NCBI GenBank assembly: GCA_013239625.1 | Contig: MU054212.1 | Coordinates: forward strand, 9,596,898-9,660,897 | DNA length: 64,000 nucleotides | Reading direction: 5' to 3' | Source of the DNA: Lama guanicoe | Taxonomy: Eukaryota | Shown here: positions 22,241 to 36,849 of the stretch, piece by piece | How the letters are laid out: each line of letters starts with the position of its first letter | Numbering within the stretch: position 1 is the first letter of the stretch | Position numbers and translations under genes: made by a program | Notes under the pieces: generated by a model | The model's input: only the letters and a program-made list of their open reading frames with translations | Database searches by the model: none | Told to the model about the DNA's origin: nothing

Positions 22241-25200
22241 CTCCTCTCCAAGGAAAGGGCGCCTCTCCCCTCTCCACCCGCCTGTGCCCTCGGCCCAGTA
22301 AATCCCCACCGGCTCTGCCTGCCCTTAACCTCCTGCCCAGGTCTCCAGTGGGTCACCTGGGCCCTCAGCTGCAATTGACTGGTTGCCAAAGCGGGCTGCC
22401 TGTGATGGAAGGGGCTGGTTTTACCTTGGGGTTGAGCCGGTCTCTAGAAAAAGCGCTTGCAAGAAAAAAGTTAAAAAAAAAAAAAAAAGAAAGAAAGAAA
22501 ACTCCCCAGGGCTTAGGTGAAGCTCCCAAGAGCCACAGGAGTGGCCAGCAGATGCAGTCAGCACAGAGAAGGCTGGACGCACAGCAAGGTTCTAAATGCT
22601 CAGCTGATGGCGATGGTGGAGTTTGCACAAGGGTTGTGTGTTACGTGATGCTGGTGGAATTCGTCTCCCTTCTCTCAAACGTTAAGCTGTGACCTGTTTC
22701 CTGAGCTCTACACCAGAGTTCTGGTGGCCTCAAGGGCAAAGGCCAGGCCAGGCCAGGTGCTCTGTCTGGGCAAGGCCAAGGCATGAACCCCAAGGCGAGC
22801 CGCCAGACAGAGTGACCATGCCCGCTGCCAGTTGTGAGTGTGCATCTGGTTCCAGGGTGGTCCTCAGAGCTTACACATGCCACTCCATCCATCCTCCACG
22901 TCCCCTCTTCCCCATTCCACAGGAAAGAAAGGGATCTGGAGTGGAGCCCCGGCAGCCTGAGCCCAGAGCTGCTGCACCTTTAAGCGGCCATCCTCAAGAG
23001 CCAAATTCAGGTGGGAATCTGGGAGTTGGACCCGAGGTGGGGGAGAACACAGTTGTGTCTGTGAGCGTGTCCCTGGTATCGGTGTCTGCGGGCCTGTGAG
23101 CATGTACACACAGGTGAGTGTGTTTGAGAGCATGAATCCCCACGTGATGGTCTGTCTCCAGGAATGCATGTCATGTGTCTGAGGGTGTATTTGTGTGTAT
23201 GTGTGTAACAGTGTGACTGTGCTGGGAAGGTGCGTGTAAGTGTGTGCTGTAACATGACAAGTTATACATTTTAAACTGAGAATACAGGACTGAAGGACAA
23301 AGACAGAGTGCAGTGATTAGAGTGAGAAGCGTCAGTCCAGGCAGGCTCCCTGGGGGAGGTGGTTTCTGAGTCCTGCACTCACCTCTGCTGTCCCCCTTCC
23401 CTCCCCTGTAGGACCAAGAAGGGGCCAAAGGCCAGCCGCCCTGGGCCCTTGTACCACTGTCCCTTGGGGCTGAATCTACCAGGAGCCAGGACTCAGCAGA
23501 GCCTAAAGGCCCCTGCACGGAGGGCACAGGGTCGGGCTTCTGAATGCCTGCAGCCTCCATCCTGGGCCTTGGCCACAGCCTCTGTCTCCATCAGTCACAG
23601 GCACCCAGCCCAGCGCAGGGCCTGGTCCCGGGACCTCTCTGGAAACATGGCCATGGGTGTGCTGTGATGGCTTACTTTCTGCTTCCAGCGGCATCCCCGT
23701 GGCCCAGGAGAACACCCCCACCTTCTCGTCTTCTATCAAGGAGCGCAGACCTATGGGCCAAACCACTGCGGGGCCATCCTGACCACTCTGCTCAGTTTTT
23801 GCTTTTAATGGGAAAATATAGTGTGACACTCATCCACTTTAAAAATGAAAAACAGGGAACATAAAACTTGATTTAATAAAGACACCCAATAATAAAATAT
23901 TCTTCTGTTCTGTGTTATGGTAATTGAAAGGAGAGTGACAAAAGGGTAGGGAGGTGGCAAAGAGAAGGGGGGTGTGGAGCGGGCCGGAGGGAGGCTCAGA
24001 CAGAGAAGCACGTGGAAGGAGGTGCCGGGAGCACGAGGTGCAGAGAGAAAAGGGAGCAGTGGAGACAGCCAGGACCCCAGGCACACGGGAGACCCTGGTG
24101 TCTGGAGGGACCCCCACCATTGAGGGTCCCTGAGGCCCCTGCAGGGGCTGCACATTTCCTCCCTGTTCTGCCTGAATCCTCTTAGTGGCCCTGAGAGGCA
24201 TTCTTCTGGAAGCGAAGCATGGAGGCAACTTGGCTCCAGCTCAGCCACGTTCTGATCTTGGTCTCACTGACCCTGAACCAGATCGCTCCTGCCAGGCACC
24301 CGGCTCCGGCCCTGGGCGGTGTCCACGCCACACCTCTGCCCTGCGCCCTGCCACACAGCTCGCCCAGTGACCACGGCAGCCTCCTCGAGGGCCCTCCTGC
24401 CCCTTCTCTCCCCCTCTCGCCAGCCTCCTTGCTGCTTCTCCCGCAGGACCCCAGCCCCAGAGGCCCCCAGCCCCTCTCTCACCCATTCTCCCACCCACCC
24501 TTGTCTCACTGGGTCGCACCGTGTGCTTTTGTGGCTCAATGTCCTTTGGGCCTGAAATGCCTACAGGGACCACAGAAGTTTGTTCAAGACCTGGTGGGAG
24601 CCTTAGAGGCGGGTATGGGGGTGTCAGAGGAGCTAAGGCCTGAGCTTGGGGCAGGTGAAGGTCAAGGGCAGCCAGGTGAGGGATCAGCAAGGGAGGAGGG
24701 CGAGAGTGCAGGCTACATGGATGGGGCATGGGGGATCCTAGCAGGGAGGAAGGCCCTCAAACCTTTCTTTGCTTGTGCTCTCCTGAGCCCAGGTGTGCTT
24801 TACACCCGGCTGCAAATCTGGCTGGACACGGGCCCTTTGGCACTGCGCAGGCGCAACGTGGCGGTGGAATGCAGGCCCTCCCTCCAGGGCTGATTGATGC
24901 GTTTGCAGACCCGGTGGACCACAGGCTGCAGAAGGGCACACCATGTGCCTGACTTGGTCCCTGTGGCCAGACACATAGTAGGAGCTCCATAAAGACCTGA
25001 GTAAGTGAAGGGATGGTGAGCCTCAAGGAGAAAGATAAAGGCCAGGTACCCTGGAACCTTGGCCCACATGGGGGCCTGGGAAGGGCTGGTCTCTGGGCCT
25101 GGAGCTGAGCAGCCCTGGGCCATCTGGACCCCAGTGCAGTTGTCAGTTGTTGCCTTGTAGACTGGAGCTGCCTGCCACACTCGCTCAGGTCCGCCCAAAG

Positions 25201-25439
25201 CCCCTTCTCCATCTCCAGCTGCTGCCACCTGGGACCCTCACCATCTGACCCAGGGATGGAGTCTCAGGGGTCACCAGAGAGCCAGGGGCTCCAGGCTAGC
25301 ACCATGTCATCGCTGCTGGGCCAGGGACCTCACCCCAGCACTGGCGACACCAGCGACACTGTCACCAGCCTGCTCTGAGCAGTCTGCGACTTCTTTCCCT
25401 GGAGTCCTTGTGGCAGGGAACCCCTATGTAGTCTCGTTA

Positions 25440-25570
25440 GTAACACTGTGAGTGAGAGCTTACTGTGTACCGAGCCCCATTCAAGAGTGGGACTACCGGT
25501 GTTCTCCCCATTGGACAGATGGGGACACTGAGGCCCACACAGGTGAAATCACTTGCCCAAAGATAGGCCC
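25440..25570 (-). mobile_element. MIR remnant
   Basis: ccccattggacagatggggacactgaggcccacacaggtgaaatcacttgcccaa. Confidence 0.8.
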
Positions 25571-25754
25571 TCGTCGGGGTTGAGGCTGCAGCCCAGCTCT
25601 AGCTTGTGTTCCTAATGGCCACAATGTCCTTCTGGAGGAAGGAAGGGTCCCTGCTGGCTTGGCATTTGGGTTCTGGCCAGGCACCTGCAGATCTGTGGCT
25701 AAGTTCTGGGCGGGGTGGGGTGGGCATCAGCGGGAGGGCGTGGGAACTGTCTGG

Positions 25755-25870
25755 GCTTTGCAGCCAGAGGGGCCTGGAGTTGAATCTCAGCTCCGATCCA
25801 TGGAGCTGCATGACTGTGAGAAACCTGTGGACCCTGCTTGGCCTCCATGGGGTCATCGCAGGGGAGAATG
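25755..25870 (+). mobile_element. MIR remnant
   Basis: ctttgcagccagaggggcctggagttgaatctcagctcc...agctgcatgactgtgag. Confidence 0.6.
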
Positions 25871-28800
25871 TCACCGCCGTCCTCGCTGCGGGGTGAGGGT
25901 CCACGAGGCCATATTCTGTAGAACAGGGCCTGACGCGGGCGTGGCCCATCACTGGGGCTCACTCATGTCCAGCTGCAATTAGCAGCCCCACAGGGCCCCC
26001 AGCAATGCTGGGCACAAATGAGGCCTTGAAAAATTTGGCAAGAGAAGGCCGTTCACATAGGACAAGTACCTGTGTTTGTACAGGTGCCTTTGCATTTCCA
26101 CGAGGGTGCTGACCTTCAGTGTGGGACTGTTGCCTTGGCCATGGCTCAGCAGACTCTCCTACCCGGAGGGCAGAGTTCAACCAAAAACCCACCTTGGAAG
26201 CGGAGGATGGTGGGGGTGGGGTTGGTTAAAGGATGTGCCAGATCGGAAATGACTAAATGGGGTTTCAGGAACTCGACCCCTTCACCCCAGTGCAGCTGCC
26301 CGAGCTCCGTGGACTGGCGAGCGCTGCCAGAAAGGCAGGCCACCTATTGGCGGAGTTATTTAGACTCTTGTGTTAATGACTTCCGAGGCCGCACTCCTTC
26401 TGGATGTGCACATCGAGCCTGGGAGCTGGCAAAATTAGCCTGCTTGGCTTACAGTCACTGCCCTGCTTGGCTTGGCAGTGAGACCCGGAATGACGGCTTG
26501 GCCCCGCCCGCAGGTAGACACCAGTGCGGCGAGGGGGGAGGCGGGCGTGCCCTGTGGCTCCCCTCAGCTCCATGCTCTATTCCAGCCTTTTTCCCTCCTG
26601 AGGGGTCACTCCTACTCATCAAGGACATTTTAAGTGGCTTTTAAAGCCTTTGCTCACATCTGGACGTTAAGGCTCCCCTTGGTGATGCCCAGCCAGGGAG
26701 CAACCTGGCCCATTAGAGCTGTGTCAGTGGCAGGCCCTGCCGGGGAGGGTGAGGAGGGGGCTGAGAGAGGGAGGGGAGGATTCCTTCCCTTTGCCTCAGA
26801 GACACCCCCTGGGGAGGGAGAGCCGAGGGGAGGCCAAGGGGAGCTTCAGAGGGGGACTGCGTGCACCCTGACGTCCGGGGCTGCCGAGGCCAGGCTAGGC
26901 CGTGATGCTGCGGGACCTGAGGTCAGACTCCCACCGGGACTCGTGATCTGACAAAGGACAGCAGAGCTTGCGTGTCAGGTGGCTGATGGGCAGCGTCCCT
27001 TAGTCCTGAAAGGAGCAAAGAGCTCGAGGCAGAGCTGGGACACAAGGCTCCGAGGTGGGACAGAGGTCTGGCCACACCCTTTCTGGCCGTCCTCGCCACC
27101 TTGACCCCCAGGAGCAGAAAAGCTCCACCTTTTGGAGTCCTCTGAGCAGGCCCCTCAGCCAGATGCCCAGCTCTAGGCTCCAACTTAAAGGTTTGTTTGT
27201 TCCAGCCCTGCGGCTGCTCCTCCTCCTCGCACCAAATGGTATTTAAATGTTAATCAAGTCAGGGTTGCCGCTCCTCCACTCTCGGCAGGGCAGCCTAGGT
27301 CAAGGCCACGCCTGCAGCCCCACCTGAGCTGGGATGGGCAATCCGCAGGTCCCTTCCGCTCAGCGCCTGGGGCTGGCTGGACTGCGAGCTGTTAGGAAGG
27401 GGCGCGGCTGGGGATGGGTGCGGTCGGGAGCACGTACAGACTGCCCTGCTGGGCACCCTGCTGCCGGGACACAGGGAGGACCACAGGGCTCCCACAGCCT
27501 GGAGTGAACCTACCCTGGGCTTATCTGAGGGTCCCACGGCTCCCTGAGAGCCCCTTGGACCCCGCTCTCCTGGTCCATCGGCCCTCCCTGCGTTCTCTGA
27601 ACCTCCCTCCTCGTTGTTCTGTGCCTCCCGCAGTCTTTCCCCTTATCCATCAGCTGCTCCCTCTCCGTCTGCCTGCCTCCCCGGACCCTCCTCCTGTCTC
27701 ATTCTGACAAATCTCTGTGTGTTTGCACACGCTGGCTCAGGGTTCAGGAGTGGTTTGGGCAGCCTTCCCGTCTGGACGGAGAAGATGGCATTTGCTCACG
27801 GTCCCTCCGGAGATGGAGGGCTTGGCACACAGTAGGCCCTCTCTAGACTCCGCTTGATTCTTCCTCCATTCTCTCCTTGGATTCTCTCAGAAACCCTTAT
27901 TCTTTCTCTTTGTCCATCTTAGGCACACCCTCACCGCCCACCCAGGGTGGAATCCCACCCCTCCAGGGCTGGAGGCCACAAGAGCAGAGATGCTCACTGG
28001 GAACGGGTGCCACTGGGCCTTCCAGGAGGGTCCTGGACCTGCGCTTGGGGCAGTGTGTGCACGTGGGGAGGGGATGTAAGGCTTGGTGAGGTTGGCAGAT
28101 GCTGAGCATTGCTTTTGGGCCTTGAAAAAGCCATTAGGAGCCTCATGACAAAAGAAGGGAACTTCTCACCCAGACAATATTTCCATGTACAGAAATTTAT
28201 CGCCTACCAAGACACGGACAAGAAAGAGGAAAGGAGGAAACATTTTTTTCCCCAGGTATCCGAAATCAACATAAAGAAACTAAGTTGCAGGTTAAAAAAA
28301 AAAAGAAAGAAAAGAAGTACAAACATTTTTCACACCATAGATTTTCTCAGGCCTTCTCTTACAGCCTTATAACTCTTACTTTAGGCAGAATCTTAACAGT
28401 ATAGATAATCTTAGCACACAAGGGCTTGGAATCGGGACATTACGAGGGGCCGCATGTGTTACAAGAGAGTGACCCAGGAAAGGTGGAAACTGCCAGCTTC
28501 CAAGCACCTTAGAGGGAGGATGATGGAAAAGACAATATTTTGGTATTGAAGGGGTGCGATCTGGATTATCTTTGGTTATTCAAAGAAAGTTCCTTACAGA
28601 GGCTTCTAGATAACAGTTTTAGGCCCTAAAGCTGTCTCTGGGAACATCCCCTGAGTGGCGCCCACCCCCTCCCACTTCTGTGCGTCTCTGGCTGGCTTAG
28701 GGCCCCAGCCTCACGCTCAGCTCTTCCTCATCTGTCTACACTGAGGACCGGCAGGGTGGGGACCACATCTGTCACTGTGTTTCCAGGAACATGTTGCATC

Positions 28801-30104
28801 TAAAACCCAGGCCCCTCTGGGTGAGGAGACTCTGAAAAAAAGGGGACAAAGGAGCAGCCTCTTTGCCCAGTGGAGGTCTTTGTTCTGTGAAATTCTTCAT
28901 CCTTAGATTCCTTTAAGCGGCACATCCCCAGGGGGTTTGTGATGCTCAGGTTTGCAGTTTTCCCTCACACACAGCTCTGAGGACCCTGGTAGGGGTACAC
29001 CCTCCCGCCTCTCGCAAGCCCGCTCCTCTCCTTCTGGGCTCCCGTCTCCCCTCCTTTCTGGGCTTTCTTTATAGCCAGTGTCGCCACACATGTATTGTTC
29101 TTGATTTTTTTCCTTTTTCCCAACCCAGGTCCTTTCCCTGGGGCAGGAGGAATGACAAGAATCCTCACTGTTCCTGGCAGCCACCCCAGGAAGTGGCCCT
29201 GCTCCCGACCTGGGCTCCAGGACCCACCCTGAGTGTCAAACACTCAGGCCAGAGCCAGGGAGGAGGGCTGGAAACTCAGGGTCCTGAAAAGGGAACTGGA
29301 GCTTCCAGCTGGGGGGCCGCGGGCCTCCATCCAGAGGCTGTGATCAGTAACTCCCAGCCCACCAGGGTTTCTCTCGGGGTGCCCTTTCCCTCAGGGCCCA
29401 TCCTCTGCAGCACACACTGTACCCCTGCCCCAAGTGTCTGCCCAGTCCACAGAGAAAACCTGATGCACTGTCATTTCCCGTTGGGTGAAAGAGCTTAGAG
29501 TTAGGAAGAGCAGTGGGCGGATCACAATGGAACCAGTTTCAAATGCTCTCATAAGGTGTTCCAAAGTAAAAGGTGGGTGATTTCTAAGCAGTTCAGACAA
29601 AACAGAAGGCAGGGCCTCTGCCCTCTGCAGACTAGGAGGCTGGGCCCTAGGGAGAGAGGCCAAAGAGGGTCAGACAACAGGTGGCCGAGGAGATGAGAGA
29701 GAAGCAAGGCCTGTGGGGATGGGGCAGTCACTCAGTCTCCAGGGTAGTGAGATCCCAACTGGATCTTAGAGGAGGAGAGGATTGGGCAATGAGGGTGATG
29801 GGAAGTTCTCGAGGATGACTTATGGGGTAAGGTGGGAGAGAGCAGAGGACAGTCCTGCTGAAGCAAGGGGCAGGTGCTGGCAGAAGGTCCCTAAATAAAG
29901 AGAAAGAGCTAGAACAGCAATAGAGGCTCAACACTAAAGTCAATAGGGAGCCACAGTAGGCTCTTGAGCAGGGAAGCAGCCCAAGGAAGAGAGGAGGAGG
30001 GTGAGTGGAACCTTTCCTGATCACCCCTCTCCCACCCCATTGGGGGCATACAGGACAGGGTACATCAAAAACTCAGTCAACAGCAGGACACCAGATTAAC
30101 TCTT

Positions 30105-30240
30105 GAAAAATGGCATTTCACTGGGACAACTGTAAAATCCCACTGAAGGTCCAGGCAGTCAACTGGGTGATCAGGGACGAGGGCTCCCTCTTGACAGTGG
30201 CCTGTGTGAACACAACAAGGGGCTTTCCATTGGAACTGAG
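30105..30240 (+). mobile_element. L3/CR1 LINE fragment
   Basis: aatggcatttcactgggacaactgtaaaatccc...tcaactg...cttgacagtggcctgtgtgaa...ggggcttt resembles recalled L3 ORF2 3' sequence. Confidence 0.5.
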
Positions 30241-31719
30241 AGGGAGGCAGGCATTAGCTTAGCCCAAGGAAGAACTTTCTAACCCTTAAAACTGTCTGAC
30301 CCTGGAACAGAAAATTGAGAAGGCCGTGTGCTCCTGGTCACAGGAAGTGTTTGAGAAGGAGAGGCCTCAGGTGGAGCAATAACCATCCCCCTGCTCTCTA
30401 GCTCTTGGCCCTGTGAGAATCCTGCCAAGGAGGATGGTCTCTGTTCTCCCCAAACCAGATCTTGTGGTGCCACAGAACAGGGTGTGGGTGGGGTGGCCCC
30501 CCAAACTGCTTACAGTGCAGGTACCACGTGGCCAGGCCTTTATCTTACCCTGGTTATTAAGCACATCCTCAGCGATGCCCAAGTCACGCCTAGATGTCAG
30601 CTCTGCTGTGTCCCTGGCCCTCTGCTAGCTCAAAACCACGCACGAGTCTCACAGGACAGTCCCTGTCTCTTGTTTGCAAACAAAGAACTGAGGCTCAGAG
30701 GTGCGGAGCTCAGGTGGGAGTGGAGGTGGAGGGGGCCCACGCTCTTGTCTGGGACCCTGGCCTGGTCCTCTCCTGGCTCAGTGGGACCTGAAGCTCGGCT
30801 CCATGCAGATGGAGCCAGTAGAGGATGGATTGATATTCCCAATGGAAGACCGGGAGGCTGGGCCTGGAGAGGGTAATAGCGTCCTTGGGGTCCCAGGTCA
30901 CCTGAACTGGGGAATCTGAGACCCGCCCACCTGACACAATTCTGCTGTTCACACTATACCTAGAGCCTCCCTGTCTGGGATGGATCTGGTGCCCCACTCC
31001 TCCAGCCCCGCTTCTTCTGCTGGCTCCCATCTTCCCATTCCCCGTGGGGCTTCTCTGGGTGGTGCCTACTGGTTTCCCCTTTAAGAGATATTTACTGAAA
31101 GCCCCAGGGGAAATGCTAAGCTCTGCAGGAACCAGAAGTAGGGAAGCTGGGATCCTGGCCCCTCAGAAGCCTTAAGCTGGCTTTAGAGATGAGATCTGGG
31201 GCAGGAAGACTGGGAGCCTGTGGGGCCAGTGGCCGTGGAGGAGTGGGTGTCTCAGGGTGTTTGCAGGAGGAAGCGAGGAAGAGGGGCTCGGGTAGTGGTG
31301 ATGGGGGGCTTCCTGGAGGAGGTGTGGCCTGAGAGATGGAAAGGATGGGGCAGATGGACAGGAAGGAGGCAGCATAGTCATGGGGGTGGAAATGATGGGG
31401 GAGGGGCCTGATAGGAGACAAGCATGGGGAGGGGAGAGAGGCAGCTGCAGAGATTTGGGGGTGAGGCCTTTCAGCCTCTTAAGCTTCTTTCTTCCAGTCT
31501 TGGGGGGCTGCAGGGGGTTCCTGAGTTGGAACAAGGCTGGGAGGGAGGGAAAGGATCTTCTGGGGATGTCTTCCTTGTCCAGCATGAGACACTTGGGACA
31601 AAAAGGGCAGAGACGCCACATCTGACTTTCTCGTAATGAGCTCTGGGGCTGGGTGCCCACCTGGTGCAAAGTGCCCGACTGTTTCCATCCTCCCCGCTCT
31701 AGGAACAGGGATGCAGAGG

Positions 31720-31980
31720 AAGGAAGAATGTAAATCAAATCGGGGAGGCTGGATTTTTTTTTTTTCCTTAAGAGAGAAAGAGAAGGAGAGCACAAGTGAC
31801 ATTTGGAGCCATAATACCTTAAAGTCAATATCATTACCTCTGATATTTACTGTCAGCTCCGTGGCGCCGGCGAAGTGGGAAAGTTCATCCATCTCGTCCT
31901 CCGCCAGCTGTGGCGTCGCCAAGAGCTTCTCCCCCCTCCCCTTTGTGCAATTCCAGTTAATTGGCTGTGTTAACAACACA
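31720..31980. promoter_or_regulatory. Enhancer-like island with retained CpGs
   Basis: TATTTAC (FOX, 31844) overlapping CTGTCA (MEIS, 31850), TTAATTGG, and a local CpG cluster. Confidence 0.5.
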
Positions 31981-34900
31981 CCCCCGTCCCACTCCCAGCC
32001 AGCCTTCCAGCAGAGGCAGGGTGGGTGGCCTTGGGGAGGAGGTGGGCCAGTGGCACGGGTGCTCGGGGCCCAGGTACATGGGCTGGGCGATGTGGGAGGG
32101 GTGCTGGCCCTGGGATTCTCAGGGCCAGGTTCCAGTGCCTCCTTAGGTCACTGGGGTCTTGGAGACTCCATCTGTGACCTGGGTGTAGTGACACTAGCTA
32201 TGTCCCAGGATATAGATTTCATTCATTTATTCATCGATCCATTAGGCGAGAATGCACCCTTCCCCTTCCCTCCACCCCGTGTCCAATGCAGGTGAACCCA
32301 CCACGTGACCCCGTCTCCCAGCACAGCCTTCCTCTCCGCCTCCCTGCCACTGTCCCTTCTCTTGACATCACACCCTCTTACTCATGCTCGCACAAATGTC
32401 TCTTTCAGCCTTGCTGCCTGTTTGGCCCTGGGGTCTTGATCCTTCCCGAAGCAGGGAGACAGCAGGCCTGGCTCCCCGGGGACGGGTGGGGAGGTCACTG
32501 TCTCCCCCGCCGCGGCTCCTGGCTGGCCTCTCCAGCCGCTGCCCATCCTGACTGCAGCAGTCTCGGACTGGCCCTCTTCCCAGGGGCCTGGTTTGATTTC
32601 AAATCCAATTTTCTGCCATAAAACTTCCTCTTCCTCTGTGTCGGCGGCCAGCCTCCATCACTTTCAGCCAGCAAAGTCATTTTTCCAGCCTGACCCTAGG
32701 GTCGGGGGCCACCGTGGTGTGGAGGGAGCAGGCAGCTGTGCCCCGACACTGCCTGCCCCCACCCCCCAGTGAGCGCATGAGCTCCGCCTGCCCGTCTGCT
32801 GTGTCCTTGGGCGGCAGCCCTGCGCACACACTGAGCCACCCCGCACACCTGTGTCGCCTGAGCGTTGTGCGGTGCAGGTGGGGCATGCATGAGCAGGGCT
32901 GTGAGGACCTGGGTGAACCCCTGGGCACCCATGTGGCAGGGCACGCGGGTCCCTGCAGCACAGAGGTCTGCACACTGGAGCCCTGTGCAAATCTCAGCAG
33001 TATCTGACCCCCGGGGGCTGTGTGCTTGTTTGAGCAGTGCTAGGGAGAGTGAGGGGCCGGCTGCGGTGAGGCTTGTTTGCAGACACTTCCACTGGGAGAT
33101 GCGAGCCTGATGCCCTGCCCTCCCCCAAGTCCCTTTCCCCTGCTGAGCCCCTGCCCTGGCCTGCAGCCCCTACCACAGGGCCCTGGACCCCTGAATGTGT
33201 GAACTTGTAACTCTCTCCCAGGACACTGTGGGGGATGAGGGACAGCTGGGGCTGGGCTGGGTCCCAGAGTCCAGTGGGACCCAAACGCACACCCAGCCAT
33301 TGCCCAAGGGCCACGCCTACCCCCGGATGCCTCCCGACCCTGATCGCGTGGAGTGCTGGCTCTCTAGGCCTTCGGAAGGATCTAAAAGTGGCCCTGGGAA
33401 CTCCATGTGACTGCTGGTGACCTCTCCCCCTGACACTGTGAGTGTGTGTTTACCCTGGGTTTTCTCAAGTCTCAAGGTAGCGTCCCGACCATGCCCTCTC
33501 CTGGCTGGAGTTGCCCCTTCCTCTCTAGCCTCACCATCGCTGCCTTGGTGCCACTCCTTGTTGCCTCACACCTATGCCTGCTTCCACCCCTCCGCTGCTC
33601 AAACACGTGCTATGGCTCCCCAGTACCTCCAGCCAGCCTGGCGTCCAGGGTCCTCTGTGGTCTGGTTCCAGTGACTTTCCCAGAATCACTGCTTCCTCTA
33701 ACCCTACTCACACCTTCTGCTCCAGCCAGGCCAGGCCATGGACTTACACTCTCTGGGGACCTAGCCACCACAGACCACAGAATATTCTGAGAGGAGCTGC
33801 CCAGGGAAGGCACCAGTACACAGTGTACCTTGCACGAGACTGCTGCTCAGCTCCTCTGTGCCCTGGGGCCTTGGGCTGGGCAAACTGCAGGCGGCCTCAG
33901 CTCCCTTCTGCCCCTCCTCTGGGTGAGATTATGCAAAGCCTTGGCTCTCTCACCTCAAAGCCTTGTCTGATCGCCTGGCTTGCCACAGTCATGTGTTCTT
34001 CCAAAGCAGAAGGCACCAACTGCCTGAAACTGGACACAGAAGGACAAAGAGAGCCAGCAAGCGAGACAGACCCCCAGACCCTAACTCCCAAAGCCTGCAA
34101 GCTGAGGGCCCATGAAAGTTCCCAGCTTCCTGTCTGATAGGGGCCGTCCTAGACAGCTCTGGGCATAGAACTCTTTCATTCCTCCTTCTGCGGGACTGGC
34201 CGCCCCACCTTCCTGAGCCCAGACAGAAGCAGGAGAGGATGGCTGCGTCTCTCTGTCCGGGGTGGGGCTGTCTTCCCAGGGTGATATGTTAATGGGCTGT
34301 TCTGATGCTCCAAAGCAGGGGTGGAGTTTCCACTATTCCCACCAGCCTCATCCACCTTGATCTTGGGTGTTATTGGAACAATTACACTTACAAGGCGCAT
34401 GGCAGGGTGGAGGTGCCGCTGGGGCTTCTCCACACCCAGGAGGAACTGCAGAACCCAGAGGAACTTTGAAGGACCTTTGAGGCCACGTGGCCTCTCCGTG
34501 TCCTGACCATAAATGCCCACTAAATGATCCCCACTCCGAAGTGTCCAGTTCACCTATGTGCAGTCACTTCACCACCAGGAGCCACGTGTCCCTTGTATGG
34601 CAACGAGAGTTAGCATGCGTCCAGGGTCTACCTGAAATCTGCCTTCCAGTAGTTTCCATAAGTGGTCCTGACCTCATCCTTTGGAGCCACAGGAAACGAG
34701 CCTTTTCCCTGGAACTGCCCTTGAATGACTGTTTCCCAGTTGGTTCTCCCTCCACCTAACGGTGTTGTCACATGCTGTGCATGTAAGGTCCCCCATGCCC
34801 TACTCATGCCTCTGAGCACACTCAGTATTTACCAGCCTCTCACGGGCCCCAGAACTGGTTCAACAGCGCAGAGCAGAGCGGGACCGACACTTCCTCCTTC

Positions 34901-36849
34901 CAGATACTGCACTTGCCTTAACGTGGTCTAAGGCACAGGCAGGGGCCGGGGCGGCCGCGTTACACGGAGACTCCTTGAGTTGCCAAAGCTGCTGGGAGCT
35001 GCACCTTCTCCTCTCTGTGCGTCCGCAGTTAGAACGTCAGCCCCAAGCAAAAGGCCCCGGACCTCTCCCTATTGAACATCATCTCGTGGGAGCCAACCCA
35101 TCACTTTCAGCTGCGGAGACAGTTTTGCATCTTTATTCTGTCATCGAACAGATGCACCTTTCCTCTCAGTTTTAAGCCACCTGCAAATGCGGTCACGTCT
35201 GCAGCCAAGTCTTTGATAACAACGCGGTTCTGCCAGGACCAAGACCAGAGGCAGCTGCTCCATCCTGGAGGCATCTCCCTCGGTGTCACCCTCCTAACTG
35301 CCACTGTGTCCTAGGGACAGGCCTCCAGCCAGTTCCAGACTGTTCTTCGTCAACTGCTCACAGGGTCCTCGGGAGAAAACTGGCTGAGGGCTGCCCGGCG
35401 CAGACTGTCTGTGAAGGAAGGCTTGTGGGGCTGAACTGGGTAGCCCCGAGGTCCACCACTTCTTTCTCGAAGCTCTCACCTGCCATCACTTCTAGACTCT
35501 TCCTGAAGGCTGGCACGTACTCACTGGTTTGTTGCTTGAGGAACCGCCCTTACCTTCGGTGGAAATCTGACTTCCGTTTGCCTCTCTTGACCTCACGGCA
35601 TCATTCTCATTTGCCACGATTCCCCAGAGATCAGTCACCAAGAATTCAGTCAACAAACATTCACCACCCATGCCAGGAACAGACAGTATAGAGCTGAAAA
35701 ATCCACGGTACCGGGCCTGGGGGCTACCAAGGTCCTGCGGTGTCCTGAGGGTCCAGATGACTGACCAGAAGCCTTGGGACCCTGGCCTCTGAGGACGTGC
35801 ATGGCCCCTCCCGGGCTGAGCTTTCTGTGGACGTCTCATCCAACACCCCCTTTACTTGAGGTCTGTGGCCATGCCTGTCCTGATAGAAATATCTCTCCTT
35901 CCAAGCAGGTCCTCACACTGAACGGCTAGAGATGTCTCATGATTTGCATGCAAAAAAGCTCCCTGAGCAGTGCCAGGAACCTAGTGTGGGTTTTCTTGGT
36001 GGGTTGCAGGATTGAGAGGCCAGGAGAGGAGAGGCCAGGTCTTGCTACCAGGACCTGGGATCTTGGAAGCTGGGAGGGGGCAGTGAAGTCCCTCTGCTAC
36101 CCCCAGTGAGGGTGACCACTCACTGGCCCGGGATGGAATAAGAACAGAGCCAGGGAGGGTTGGGGGCAGTCCTCAGGCAGTGCCAGGCCCTGGGGAGTGG
36201 CATCGAAGGTGCCAGAGATATCCACTGGATGCAGGGGCTCAGACAGAACAGGCGTTGGGGCTAGAGAGGTCCCAGGACTGGCCTGGGGACAGGCACAGCT
36301 CAGACTGTAGGAAGCACACATTTCTTTCCTTTCTTTCTTTCCAGTGTGCCTTTGGAGCTTGGTAAAAATAGCATAAATAATAGAGCCTTAGAAGGAGGAG
36401 TGTTCTCTCTGTGGGCAGCGTCCTGCTCGAGCGGGTGGTTGGGGCGGCTTGTTGAGGGCTGGAGTGGGGGATACACAGGAGCAGCCAGCACCCCAGGTGT
36501 CAGGCTGCACTCGACACCCTTTACACTCCCTGAACTGGGAAGCTCTAAGGTGCAGCACTGTCTCCTTACACCTCACAACAGGCCGAGAAGACGCAGGGAA
36601 CAGATGATTCCACTTTATAGGCAGAGATGCCTAGGTGGCCGGAGAGACTGAAGCTGGGTTGGACCCCACCTGCTAAGTGCTGGCAGAGCCACGTGGATGG
36701 GGGCGGCTGAAGCCAGTACGCCCGCCCACCCACTGACCAGGGCCTGCAGCAGCCCCGGGCCTGACCCAGGACGCTGAAGAGCCAGTGGGGGAAATAAACA
36801 CCCACGAGGCAGAGCATCTGGCTCCTGGAGGAACTTAGTTGGAACAAAG

